From the NCBI GenBank assembly GCA_020349905.1, contig CP070702.1, positions 2,297,221 to 2,338,294 of the forward strand: 41,074 nt of DNA, read 5' to 3'. The first letter of the stretch is position 1, and each line of letters begins with the position of its first letter. A program made the position numbers and the translations under genes. Origin of the DNA: Candidatus Eiseniibacteriota bacterium (GTDB taxonomy: Bacteria; Eisenbacteria; RBG-16-71-46; JAFGJU01). Of this stretch, positions 26,541 to 37,619 are shown piece after piece. Under the pieces are notes generated by a model. It made no database searches. It was not told the DNA's origin and saw only the letters and a program-made list of their open reading frames with translations.

Positions 26541-28976
26541 CTATTCCTCCTCGCCCACAACCACCCTCGCAACGTCTACCACCTTGTCGCCCTTGTCTGG
26601 CTGAATCAATCTCACTCCCTGCGTGTTACGCCCCATTACCGACACGCCCTGGATGGGCAAGCGGATTATGACGCCCTTCGCCGTAATTATCATCAGCTCG
26701 TCGTCGTCTCCCACCTGCTTCACGCTAACCACGGACCCGTTCCTGGGAGTGTTCTTGATAGTAATGATTCCTTTTCCGCCCCTACCGGTGAGACGGTATT
26801 CCGAGATGGGGCTTCTCTTGCCGAATCCGTTCTCGGTGACCACGAGAAGGGTGCCCTCCCCCTTGACCGATATCATCGTTACGACTTCGTCGCCCTTCTC
26901 CAGCGAGACGCCTCTGACTCCTCTGGCCGTGCGCCCCATCGGGCGCACGTTCTTCTCGTGGAACCTGATGGCCTTGCCCAGTTTCTTGGCGAGGATTATG
27001 TCCTGGGTGCCGTCCGTCACCCACGCATCGATGACGCAGTCGCCCGCGTCAAGCCCTATGGCCACGATGCCCGCCTTCCTGGGGTTTGCGTAGGCGGAGA
27101 GAATCGTCTTCTTTATCATACCCTTCCTGGTAGCAATGACCAGGTGATGCTCGTCGTCGAATTCCTTCGTGCGCACGAAAGCCGAAATGCGTTCGTCTCT
27201 CGACATCTGAATCATGTTAACTACTGCTTTCCCGCGAGAGATTCGCCCCGCCTGCGGAATCTCGTGGACCTTGAGCCAGTAGCAGCGTCCCTTGTCGGTG
27301 AGAAAGAGAATGTAGCTGTGCGTGGAAGCGATGAAGAGGTGCTCGATGAAATCTTCCTCCTTCGTGGACACGCCGGTGATGCCCCTGCCCCCGCGCCTCT
27401 GGCGCCTGTACGTGCTGACGGGAAGCCGCTTGATGTAACCGGAGTGAGAAATGGTGATAACCATGTCCTCCTCCGCGATCAGGTCTTCCACGTCGAGCTC
27501 GCCGGCCGCCGCAACTATCTCGGTGCGCCTCTCGTCCGCGTGCTTCTTGCTGAGCTCCAGCACCTCGGTCTTTATTATTCCCATTATCTTGCGAGGGCTG
27601 GCCAGGATGCTTCGGAGCGTCTCTATCAGCTTGATTACGGCGACGTATTCCTCTTCTACCTTCTTCCTTTCCAGGCCCGTGAGGCGCTGCAACCTCATGT
27701 CCAGAATGGCCTGGGCCTGGACCTGAGAGAGCTTAAACTTCTTCATCAGGCCCTCGCGGGCCGCGTCCACGTCCGGGGCCTTTTTGATGAGCGCTATCAC
27801 TGCGTCGATGTTGTCCAGGGCTATCTTGAGCCCCTCCAGAATGTGAGCCCTCTTCTCCGCCTCCGCCAGGTCAAACTCGGTCCTCCTGCGTACGACCTCC
27901 TGGCGGTGCTCGATGAAGAGGTCTATCATCTCACGCAGAGTGAGCACTTTCGGCCGGTTCTTGACCAGCGCCAGCATGTTGGCACCGAAGGTGGTCTGAA
28001 GATACGTGTGCTTGAAGAGCTGGTTCAGAGCAACCCGGGCCGGAGCGTCCTTCTTGAGTTCTATGACGATTCTCATGCCGTCGCGGTCGGACTCGTCCCT
28101 TATGTCCGATATACCGGTTATCCTTCCCTCGCGCACGAGAGCAGCCGTTTTCTCCAGGATTCCCGCCTTGCTGACCTGGTACGGTATCTCCGTCACGACG
28201 ATGGACTCGCGTCCGGTCTTTTCGTTGGTCTCGATGCACGCCCTGGCCCTCATCACGATGAGGCCTCGACCCTTCAGGTAACAGTCCGCGATGCCCTGGC
28301 GGCCCAAGATAATCCCGCCGGTCGGGAAGTCGGGACCGTGCACAACCTTCAGCAGCTTTTCGGGTTCCGTCTCGGGCTCATCTATGACCAGCGCGATGGC
28401 CTCACATATCTCGCCCAGGTTGTGCGGGGGAATATTGGTGGCCATCCCGACCGCGATCCCGGCAGCGCCGTTGACCAGCAGGTTCGGAACCAGGGCCGGT
28501 AACACGTTGGGCTCCTGGCGGGTCTCGTCGTAGTTGGGTCTGAAGTTCACGGTGTTCTTCTCTATATCGCGCAGCATCTCTTCCGCCACCACCGTGAGAC
28601 GAGCCTCAGTGTATCGTTCCGCCGCAGGAGCGTCGCCGTCCACGGAACCGAAATTGCCCTGTCCGTCCACGAGCGCATACCGCATGGAGAAATCCTGGGC
28701 CATCCTCACCATGGTGTCGTAGACGGCCACCGTGCCGTGCGGGTGATAGTTACCCGTGACATCACCGGTTATCTTGGCCGACTTCCGGTAAGGCCTGTCG
28801 TGCATGAGACCTAAGTCTCTCATCGCTACCAGCACCCGCCTGTGCACGGGCTTGAGCCCGTCGCGAACGTCGGGCAGCGCCCTGGACACGATGACGCTCA
28901 TGGAGTAGTCGATGTAGGAGCTCTTCATCGCGTCTTCGATGTATACTGACTTGACTCTCTCCGTACGAGTGCTCAT
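26541..28976 (-). CDS. gyrA: DNA gyrase subunit A
   Basis: [26 protein letters not shown] and the QRDR block [20 protein letters not shown], with the active-site RYTE. 811 aa with a C-terminal beta-pinwheel. Confidence 0.97.
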   Translation of the reverse strand: MSTRTERVKSVYIEDAMKSSYIDYSMSVIVSRALPDVRDGLKPVHRRVLVAMRDLGLMHDRPYRKSAKITGDVTGNYHPHGTVAVYDTMVRMAQDFSMRYALVDGQGNFGSVDGDAPAAERYTEARLTVVAEEMLRDIEKNTVNFRPNYDETRQEPNVLPALVPNLLVNGAAGIAVGMATNIPPHNLGEICEAIALVIDEPETEPEKLLKVVHGPDFPTGGIILGRQGIADCYLKGRGLIVMRARACIETNEKTGRESIVVTEIPYQVSKAGILEKTAALVREGRITGISDIRDESDRDGMRIVIELKKDAPARVALNQLFKHTYLQTTFGANMLALVKNRPKVLTLREMIDLFIEHRQEVVRRRTEFDLAEAEKRAHILEGLKIALDNIDAVIALIKKAPDVDAAREGLMKKFKLSQVQAQAILDMRLQRLTGLERKKVEEEYVAVIKLIETLRSILASPRKIMGIIKTEVLELSKKHADERRTEIVAAAGELDVEDLIAEEDMVITISHSGYIKRLPVSTYRRQRRGGRGITGVSTKEEDFIEHLFIASTHSYILFLTDKGRCYWLKVHEIPQAGRISRGKAVVNMIQMSRDERISAFVRTKEFDDEHHLVIATRKGMIKKTILSAYANPRKAGIVAIGLDAGDCVIDAWVTDGTQDIILAKKLGKAIRFHEKNVRPMGRTARGVRGVSLEKGDEVVTMISVKGEGTLLVVTENGFGKRSPISEYRLTGRGGKGIITIKNTPRNGSVVSVKQVGDDDELMIITAKGVIIRLPIQGVSVMGRNTQGVRLIQPDKGDKVVDVARVVVGEEE

Positions 28977-29009
28977 CTCTTTCTCCGCTTTGTCCCTGCC
29001 TTCTTTCTC

Positions 29010-30962
<1,953 letters not shown>

Positions 30963-31247
30963 TCACCGGGCGAGCGAAAAAACGATGTCTCGGATCACCC
31001 TTGCTCCCAATCTCTTATTCATCCTGGTGAGAATCTCCTCTCTCATGTAAGAAAGCTCGTGCAACCACGCAGTGGTCACCACTTGAACGAATAGTTTCGA
31101 GTCCCTGTACGCCACCGGTTTAGCGTTCGACGCTATGCGCGGGCCCACAACTTCTTCCCACAGCCCGAGCGCGCTCCAGCCCAGTATCCTCTTGTCAAGT
31201 TCCAGCTTCTTCAGAAGGCCTTGCAGGGAACGAGAAATGTGCTCCAT
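30963..31247 (-). CDS. DUF721 / DciA-like small protein (candidate ancestral helicase-loader family)
   Basis: 94 aa. Located between dnaN and gyrB, where DUF721 genes typically sit (the yaaB position in Bacillus). Pattern ..WEEVVGPRIASNAKPVAYRDSKLFVQVVTTAWLHELSYMREEIL.. Confidence 0.6.
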   Translation of the reverse strand: MEHISRSLQGLLKKLELDKRILGWSALGLWEEVVGPRIASNAKPVAYRDSKLFVQVVTTAWLHELSYMREEILTRMNKRLGARVIRDIVFSLAR

Positions 31248-31253
31248 GCAGTT

Positions 31254-32363
31254 CTACTCCGTGAGCCGCAGAGGCATTATCAGGCAGAGCAGGTCCTCGC
31301 CCTTCTCCTTCTCCATGGGTTCCACGAGACCTGCCAGGAGCGGGGTGTTGAGGGAAAACGTCACCTCGTCGGAGTCCACGCTCTTCAGGATTTCGAGGAC
31401 GTAATTGGCGTTGTAGCCGATGTCCATCTCTTCGCCGTCATAGGACGCGGGCACGCTTTCCTTTCCTTCTCCCACATCCGCCGTGCTCACGCTCAAATTG
31501 ACTTTATCGCTTCGCAAGGAAAACCTGACCTGGTGTGTGACGTTATCTGCAAAGATGGAAACCCTCGTTATCGCGTCTATCAATTCTTCGGTGTTGATGA
31601 CCAGCTTCTTGCTGGTCTCCTTCGGGATGACCTGTTCGTAGTTAGGAAACGGACCTTCCAGGACTCTCGAGCATATGATGGAGTCGTCCACCTCGAACAT
31701 GATGTAGTTCTTACTCACGCCCACTTCTATGTTGCACTCTCCCTCGGGAATAAGTCTCACGACCTGTCTCAAGGCCTTAGGAGGAACAATCACTTCCACC
31801 TTTTCCTTGACGTAGCTCCCGGAGAAGGAGACTTTGGCGAGCCTGTGACCGTCCGTGGCGACCATCCTGAGCTCGGTGGGAAAAAGCTGAAGGAATATGC
31901 CGTTGAGGACCGGCCTGCTCTCGTCCACAGACGCGGCGTAGAGACAACGCCTTTCACCCTTGCGAAGGACCGTCGAGGGCAGAGTAAACCTGAACTCGGA
32001 CTTAAACTCCGGCATCCGAGGGAAATCCACGGCTTCCATGCCGCTCAGCTCGTACTTACCACGCCCACACTCCACCTTCACCCTGAAATCTTCGACCGCG
32101 ATCCTGACCTCGTCAGTGGGAAGTTTCTTGGCTATCTCGGCAAAACGCCTGGCCGGAATGCAGACCGAACCCTCTTCGGAAACGTTGCACGCGACGCTCG
32201 CGGATATGGACATATCGAGGTCGGTCGACGTCGCCCTGAGGAGGTTCTCTTTGGCCTCTATCAGCACTGTCGACAATACCGGCAGGGTGCTCTTGGGAGG
32301 AACCACAGTTATAACCCTGTTCATAAGGATTTCCAGGTCCGGCCTCATGATCGTGAATCTCAT
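31254..32363 (-). CDS. dnaN: DNA polymerase III beta sliding clamp
   Basis: MRFTIMRPDLEILMNRV...STDLDMSISA and a three-domain clamp length of 369 aa. GGAGG RBS 6 nt before the ATG. Confidence 0.95.
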   Translation of the reverse strand: MRFTIMRPDLEILMNRVITVVPPKSTLPVLSTVLIEAKENLLRATSTDLDMSISASVACNVSEEGSVCIPARRFAEIAKKLPTDEVRIAVEDFRVKVECGRGKYELSGMEAVDFPRMPEFKSEFRFTLPSTVLRKGERRCLYAASVDESRPVLNGIFLQLFPTELRMVATDGHRLAKVSFSGSYVKEKVEVIVPPKALRQVVRLIPEGECNIEVGVSKNYIMFEVDDSIICSRVLEGPFPNYEQVIPKETSKKLVINTEELIDAITRVSIFADNVTHQVRFSLRSDKVNLSVSTADVGEGKESVPASYDGEEMDIGYNANYVLEILKSVDSDEVTFSLNTPLLAGLVEPMEKEKGEDLLCLIMPLRLTE

Positions 32364-32828
32364 GTCATCCCTCCATAAGAACGAGCCTTCAGTGGAAGAT
32401 ACTCAGTACATCTGCAGGCTGGATGTTCACTGAAAAGTTACGAGTAGAGCTGTAAGGGTGGTCTGGCACACTACAAAGCGCCGGTCTTCTAATTTCCAGT
32501 ATATGTAAGGCACGCCTAGCTTTCAAGCCAAAAAACCACTCCTCTCAGAGTCCAGATAGGAGCCAAATCGTGTCTCTCATACCTCCTTATAGTTACTTAC
32601 TACAAAAAAGTATATATAAAAATAGTAGAAGTTGTAAGGGTAGTGGAATCTGTGGGTAAGAAACCGGACCCAACATAAACCGCTATATTACATATAGTTA
32701 CAGGTGAGGCCAGTGTTGATAAGTTGAGGAGAACGATGTTAGGATGCCGGGTGTCTTGCACGCTCGAAGAGAGAGGTGAGAACTCTCCACGCGAAATCCA
32801 CGGGTAGTGAAGAGAGTTATTCAGACAG
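32364..32828. other. oriC-like dnaA-dnaN intergenic region with an AT-rich DNA-unwinding element and degenerate DnaA boxes
   Basis: 465-nt noncoding gap. It contains the only strongly AT-rich stretch in the window, CTTATAGTTACTTACTACAAAAAAGTATATATAAAAATAGTAGAAG at 32586-32632. DnaA-box-like 9-mers TGTGGGTAA (32651-32659) and TGTTGATAA (32714-32722) are present. Direct repeats GTAAGGGTrGT at 32452 and 32634 flank the AT-rich core. Confidence 0.6.
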
Positions 32829-34205
32829 TCAAGAAACGGTGACGGCAGGGGAAGAGATGAGAGAGGAGATCCTCTGGACGGAGTCTCTCACGTTCTTGTC
32901 CGTCTCGGCCAATTTCTCTATCTTGTCGCAGGCGTAGAGGACGGTGGTGTGATCCCTGTGTCCGAATCTAGCTCCGATCTCTGAAAGCGAGAAGTCCGTC
33001 ATCCGCCGGCACACGTACATGGCGATCTGCCGCGGCAGCACAATCGAGCTGGTACGCCTCTTTCCCCTGATGGCTTCGACCGGGACCCGGAAAAAGTCCG
33101 CAGTGACTTTCTGGACGTCTTCGATACGCAGGCTCCTCTCCGGTGTCTTTATGAGGTCCTTGAGGACGTCTCTGGCAAAGTCACACGTGATTTCAGAGGG
33201 GGGCACGGAGACAAGAGACGCAAACGCAAGAAGTCTCACCAGGCAGCCCTCGAGGTCGCGGATGTTGGACTTCACGTGGGTGGCTATCAGCAGGGCCACG
33301 TCGTCCGGCAGGCGGACCCGCTCGTCTTCCCCTTTCTTCTGCAGAATAGCGATCCTGGTCTCCAGGTCGGGCGTCTGGATGTCGGTCACAAGGCCTCCGT
33401 TGAAGCGGGAAATGAGCCGTTCTTCGAGCATCGGGATCTCCTTTGGGGGCCTGTCGCTCGTCACGACGACTTGCTTCTGTGCGTCGTAGAGGGAATTGAA
33501 CGTGTGGAAGAACTCTTCCTGGGTGCTCTCCTTTCCGGCCAGAAACTGGACGTCGTCTATGAGGAGAACGTCGGCGCCGCGGTACTTCTTTTTGAACTCC
33601 CAGGTGCGCGTGCGTTGGATGGAGTAGATCATCTCGTTCATGAACTTCTCCGAAGAGACGTAGAAGACCTTGCTGGTTGGCTTCTCGTGTTTGATGAAGT
33701 GGCCGATGGCCTGCATTATGTGGGTCTTCCCGAGGCCCACCCCACCGTATATGAAAAGAGGATTGTAAACAGCCGCAGGACGCTCCGCAGCGGCCATACA
33801 CGCAGCGTGGGTGAGCTCGTTGCCCTTTCCCACGATGAAAGACGAGAAGGTGAAGCGAGGATTGAGCTGGCTCTCGTCCAGAGACGCAGAGAGGCGCCTG
33901 TGCACGAAGGCCCCGGTGCGTTCCGCCTTTCTGGGAGGCTGGTTCTCCTGTTCGGGAGCTATGCAGAAGGAGACGAGAAGTGGGGAGCCGGCCACGTCAG
34001 CCGCGGCGTCCTCTATGAGCCTGAGATAGTGCTGCTCGATCCAGTCCGCGAAGAAGGCGTTAGGCACCTCGAGCAGAAGGCGGCCATCCTCGCAGGGCTT
34101 CGGCCGCAAGGGGTTGAGCCACGTCTGGAAACTCTGTTCGTTTATCTTCTTGCGGAGCAGATTGCACATTCCGCTCCACACCTGGTCAAGGCGGGGGGCT
34201 TCCAC
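32829..34205 (-). CDS. dnaA: chromosomal replication initiator DnaA
   Basis: AAA+ motifs (GGVGLGKTHIMQAIGH, DVLLIDDVQFL). C-terminal DnaA-box-binding helix-turn-helix (QIAMYVCRRMTDFSLSEIGARFGHRDHTTVLYACDKI). GTG start. Confidence 0.95.
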   Translation of the reverse strand: MEAPRLDQVWSGMCNLLRKKINEQSFQTWLNPLRPKPCEDGRLLLEVPNAFFADWIEQHYLRLIEDAAADVAGSPLLVSFCIAPEQENQPPRKAERTGAFVHRRLSASLDESQLNPRFTFSSFIVGKGNELTHAACMAAAERPAAVYNPLFIYGGVGLGKTHIMQAIGHFIKHEKPTSKVFYVSSEKFMNEMIYSIQRTRTWEFKKKYRGADVLLIDDVQFLAGKESTQEEFFHTFNSLYDAQKQVVVTSDRPPKEIPMLEERLISRFNGGLVTDIQTPDLETRIAILQKKGEDERVRLPDDVALLIATHVKSNIRDLEGCLVRLLAFASLVSVPPSEITCDFARDVLKDLIKTPERSLRIEDVQKVTADFFRVPVEAIRGKRRTSSIVLPRQIAMYVCRRMTDFSLSEIGARFGHRDHTTVLYACDKIEKLAETDKNVRDSVQRISSLISSPAVTVS

Positions 34206-34221
34206 CGGGAGTTTTCCTCAA

Positions 34222-34317
34222 TCAATCCACAGTGCCTTCCACAGCCCTAAGCTGTCGTAACTATTCAGCTGCTAACAAATGCGGAGACGAGGCCGGAGTT
34301 TTCCACAACCATCCACA
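34222..34317. promoter_or_regulatory. DnaA-box cluster in the dnaA upstream region (autoregulation / second oriC half)
   Basis: There are four xxxTCCACA 9-mers: CAATCCACA (34223), CCTTCCACA (34235), TTTTCCACA (34300, 8/9 to TTATCCACA) and CCATCCACA (34309). A fifth, TTATACACA (8/9), lies at 34725-34733. A 12-bp direct repeat AAAAAACTCTCG occurs at ~34358 and ~34550. Confidence 0.5.
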
Positions 34318-34736
34318 GGTGAAGACCTCCGCATCTGGGCACACTGATAGCTCGCTCCGTACAAAAAGGCCAAAAAACTCTCGACTTGCCAGGTGGGAAC
34401 CTGAACTCACGCGAAGAAGCAAAATCTGTGCGAGAAACCCGGCATTGTAGAGGAAAGCCGAGAGAAAGAAGAACATCAGGACGCAGAATCAACGTCTCAG
34501 CACCTGACGCGCGAGCCATGTTACCACAAGGAAAAGAGCGGTGCAAGAAAAAACTCTCGGCGTCAGAAAAAATTCTGAAGCGCGGCTGAGGCTTGCTCTC
34601 CACTCGCGGTCGCGCTTGTGAAGCGGGTGGCGAACAGTTCCAGGGGCGTTTGACAAACGGGCCTGCAGAACGTATGCTTTGAGCGCAGAACGGACGCGAA
34701 GTCGATTCTTCTTACACACACAAGTTATACACACAA

Positions 34737-36398
34737 ATGGAGCACGACGGGATGAAGTCGGAACGAGTGCCGAGTTGGAGCAAACGGTTGAGATGCGGGA
34801 GTCTCGCGCTCGCCTTCCTGCTGGCCGCGGTTCTCTGTGTGGCAATAGGGCGAGGGTTGCCCCCGCTTTCTGATGCGGCGGAAACAGGAGCATCCTCGCC
34901 CAAACGAGCGGTCACCGTTCTTCACGTCACAGATTTCCACGGGTCACTGCTCTCGGAGGACGTGGATCGCGCCAGCGGGAAACCCGTCGGTGGCGCGGCA
35001 GTCCTTGCGGCTTTCGTAGAGGCTGAACGAGAGAGCGCGGGAGGAGAGGCGATCCTCCTCGACGGAGGGGACATGATGCAGGGCTCTGCACTCTCCAATC
35101 TCACGAGCGGCGCCGCGGTGATAGAGTTCATGAACTCGCTCGGGGTGGACGCTGCAGCCGTGGGCAACCACGAATTCGACTGGGGCGTGAAGGTTCTCAA
35201 GGAGCGGATGGCGCAGGCGCGATTTCCGTTCCTGTGCGCGAACGTTTTTCTGGGAGAGGGAAAGCAAAGGCCGGACTGGGCGGCCCCGTTTGTCGTGGTG
35301 CAGATAGCAGGGCTGCAAGTAGGAATCATAGGAGTCATTACGGAGGACACCCCGTTTCTGGTGAACCCCAAACTCATCAGGGGTCTCAGATTTGACGAGC
35401 CCTCCGCGATTGTAAACGAAATCGCCGCGACGCTCAGAAAGGAGGGTGCGCGGCTGATAATCGTGCTGGCCCACGTGGGCGGAGCACAGGAAGAGGACGG
35501 CAGGGTCGTGGGCCCCATCGAGGCCCTTGCATCCGGCCTTCGGGGGGTCGACCTGGTCCTTGGTGGCCACAGCCACACCATCGTCGCCGGAAAGGTGGGC
35601 TCTATTCCGGTAATGCTATCCGGTTCCAACGGCCGAAGAATCGGCGTGGTGCGTCTCGAGATGGACGCCGCTTCTGGGCAGAGCGGCGTCGTTGAGCAAC
35701 GGGTGAGAACGACTTTTGCCGAAGAGGTGAGGCCGCTCGAGAGAATCGAGGCCATCGTGGAGACGTTTAAGAAGGAGTTCTCTGGAGAGATGGAGCGAGT
35801 CGTGGTGGTTGCCTCGGAGAGAATCACGCGCAGCCGCCAGGAAAGCGCCCTGGGCAACCTGGTGTGCGATGTCATGCGAGACGCAGTGGGTGCGGACGTG
35901 GGTTTTCAAAACTCCGGCGGCATCCGGGCCGACCTGGAAGCGGGACCCGTTACCGTACAGGAAATGTTCAAGATACTTCCCTTCGACAACACCATCGTCA
36001 CAATGTATCTCACCGGCGAGCAGGTAAAACAGGTGCTTGAACACGGGACGTCAGAGAGCGGTGTGGTGCAGAGCTCCGGGCTCCGCTACTCTTACAGGCC
36101 CGAAGCTCCGCCCGGCGAGCGGATAAAGGAGCTGGCGCTTGAGGACGGCAGCGCTCTGGTACCGGGCCAGCTCTATCTCGTGGCCACGAACGACTTCATG
36201 GCGAGCGGCGGGGACAGATACAGTATCTTCGCGGAGGGGAAAGACATCGTGAACACGCAAATACTCCTGCGCGAAGCGGTCGTGTCGTGGATGGAGACCC
36301 TGCGGGATGGGGGCGGAGAGCTTGCGGCTCCAGAGCTGGGGAGAGCCCGGCGTCTCTCGCAGGCCGAGAGGGCCGTGGAAGAGACCGTGGATTACTAG
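34737..36398 (+). CDS. bifunctional metallophosphatase/5'-nucleotidase (UshA-like), secreted
   Basis: Signal peptide. Calcineurin-like motifs VLHVTDFHG, GGDMMQGS and GNHEFDWG. C-terminal 5'-nucleotidase domain. ATG 34737 or 34752 (GGAG lies 8 nt upstream of the latter). Confidence 0.85.
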   Translation: MEHDGMKSERVPSWSKRLRCGSLALAFLLAAVLCVAIGRGLPPLSDAAETGASSPKRAVTVLHVTDFHGSLLSEDVDRASGKPVGGAAVLAAFVEAERESAGGEAILLDGGDMMQGSALSNLTSGAAVIEFMNSLGVDAAAVGNHEFDWGVKVLKERMAQARFPFLCANVFLGEGKQRPDWAAPFVVVQIAGLQVGIIGVITEDTPFLVNPKLIRGLRFDEPSAIVNEIAATLRKEGARLIIVLAHVGGAQEEDGRVVGPIEALASGLRGVDLVLGGHSHTIVAGKVGSIPVMLSGSNGRRIGVVRLEMDAASGQSGVVEQRVRTTFAEEVRPLERIEAIVETFKKEFSGEMERVVVVASERITRSRQESALGNLVCDVMRDAVGADVGFQNSGGIRADLEAGPVTVQEMFKILPFDNTIVTMYLTGEQVKQVLEHGTSESGVVQSSGLRYSYRPEAPPGERIKELALEDGSALVPGQLYLVATNDFMASGGDRYSIFAEGKDIVNTQILLREAVVSWMETLRDGGGELAAPELGRARRLSQAERAVEETVDY

Positions 36399-36417
36399 AA
36401 GTACCCGTGGAGGGACG

Positions 36418-36654
36418 ATGAACGAGAAGGCCAAGACCGGAGAGAGAATCAAGATACACGTCAACGGTAAAGCGCTCTGGGTCTCACGGGCTTTTTCAGT
36501 GAGGCACGCCCTTCTTGCTTACGACGAGGACAGCCTGGCCGAGGTTGTCTCTGGCGAGGCATACGTCACCGACGCAAAGGGAGACGAGGTGGGGTTAGAC
36601 GGCGCCCTGTTCGACGGAATGAGTCTCTTCGTTCGAGACGTGGAGATAGAATGA
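36418..36654 (+). CDS. small hypothetical protein (78 aa), possibly beta-grasp fold
   Basis: GGAGGG RBS 3-4 nt before ATG 36418. MNEKAKTGERIKIHVNGKALWV... has a ThiS/MoaD-like opening but no C-terminal GG and no Cys. Confidence 0.45.
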   Translation: MNEKAKTGERIKIHVNGKALWVSRAFSVRHALLAYDEDSLAEVVSGEAYVTDAKGDEVGLDGALFDGMSLFVRDVEIE

Positions 36655-36679
36655 AGAGGGAAGCCGCACCGCCACCGTG

Positions 36680-36741
36680 CTCATTAAGGGCCTGACTGCC
36701 TCATTAAGGGCTTGACTGCGCCCCGGTTTGTTCCATAGAAT
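36680..36741 (+). promoter_or_regulatory. rpmH promoter region: tandem 20-bp direct repeat (CTCATTAAGGGCyTGACTGC x2), the second unit carrying -35 TTGACT, then -10 TAGAAT 19 nt downstream
   Basis: Units at 36680-36699 and 36700-36719 differ at one base (CTGACT versus TTGACT). TAGAAT at 36736-36741. It lies upstream of the rpmH TTG at 36830. Confidence 0.45.
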
Positions 36742-36829
36742 GGCCGTAGAGACGGTTCTCGCACGGCGTTTGTGGCCGGCGCGCCAGCCGCTCTAAAGCG
36801 CTCAGGATCGGCAAATCGGGGGTTTTCTT

Positions 36830-36964
36830 TTGAAACGCACGTATCAACCACATAACCGACCAAGAAAGAAGACGCACGGCTTCCGCGCGAGGATGAAGAC
36901 ACGACAGGGAAAGAAGGTCCTCAGTAGAAGACGGGCCAAGGGGAGAAAACGGCTCGCCGTCTGA
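36830..36964 (+). CDS. rpmH: 50S ribosomal protein L34
   Basis: TTG start. The translation [44 protein letters not shown] (44 aa) is canonical L34. It is not in the ORF track because it is under 60 aa. Confidence 0.85.
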   Translation: MKRTYQPHNRPRKKTHGFRARMKTRQGKKVLSRRRAKGRKRLAV

Positions 36965-36975
36965 CGTTGCGGCCC

Positions 36976-37335
36976 ATGAAGAGAATCGATGAGAGGTTTC
37001 CACGAAAGGAACGACTTCAGGGCAAGCGGAACTTCGACAGGGTGTACAAAGACGGCGCCGTTTATCGAACGCAGCACATAGTGCTTTTCTGCCTGAGGGA
37101 CAACGTTGAAGGCAGAAAGGCCGCATTCGTGACCAGCAAGAGACTGGGAAAGGCCGTCCGCAGAAATCGCATACGCAGAAGACTTCGCGAAGCATACAGA
37201 AGGTTCAGGGCAGGGCTACCCGAGAGAGTTCACCTTGTTTTCGTGGCCCGAAGTGGCGTAGCAGAGCTGGAGTGGGAGGGTCTGCTGGGGGAGATGGGTA
37301 CAGTGCTTCTGAGGGCGGGTCTTAAGAAGTCCTAG
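36976..37335 (+). CDS. rnpA: ribonuclease P protein component
   Basis: MKRIDERFPRKERLQGKRNFDRVYK...RLGKAVRRNRIRRRLREAYR, with the RNR motif. Alternative TTG start at 36967. Confidence 0.85.
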   Translation: MKRIDERFPRKERLQGKRNFDRVYKDGAVYRTQHIVLFCLRDNVEGRKAAFVTSKRLGKAVRRNRIRRRLREAYRRFRAGLPERVHLVFVARSGVAELEWEGLLGEMGTVLLRAGLKKS

Positions 37336-37377
37336 CTGCTCCACGTCGCGCAAGCGAATGGAAGAAGACGAAGGGCC

Positions 37378-37587
37378 ATGAAACGGTTTGCACTTCTGCT
37401 TCTCAGAGGGTATCAAGTCTGCATCTCGCCGCTGTTTCCTCCCAGTTGCAGGTTCTACCCAAGCTGTTCCGAGTACACCCGTCAAGCCGTGAGCAAGTAC
37501 GGCATCAGTAGGGGCGTGTGGTTCGGGATGAAGAGGCTTCTGCGGTGTAACCCCTTCAGTCCCGGCGGCGTCGACGAACTGAGCTGA
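37378..37587 (+). CDS. yidD: membrane protein insertion efficiency factor YidD
   Basis: LLRGYQVCISPLFPPSCRFYPSCSEYTRQAV..GVWFGMKRLLRCNPF is the canonical YidD sequence. Confidence 0.9.
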   Translation: MKRFALLLLRGYQVCISPLFPPSCRFYPSCSEYTRQAVSKYGISRGVWFGMKRLLRCNPFSPGGVDELS

Positions 37588-37619
37588 ACGCGTAGCCGCG
37601 CGGAAACGAGGTCTGACGA

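Noticed and set aside
26535-28502. 655-aa ORF on the plus strand, plus other long antisense ORFs (31221-32378, 33276-34250, 38010-39446 minus, 40146-41066 minus, 14771-16117 minus, 8776-9711 minus, 2474-3214 minus, 34922-35875 minus)
   Set aside because: Each lies exactly antisense to a well-supported conserved gene (gyrA, dnaN, dnaA, yidC, mnmE, the kinase, others). They have Arg/Pro/Gly-rich low-complexity translations with no motifs. These are typical high-GC shadow ORFs.
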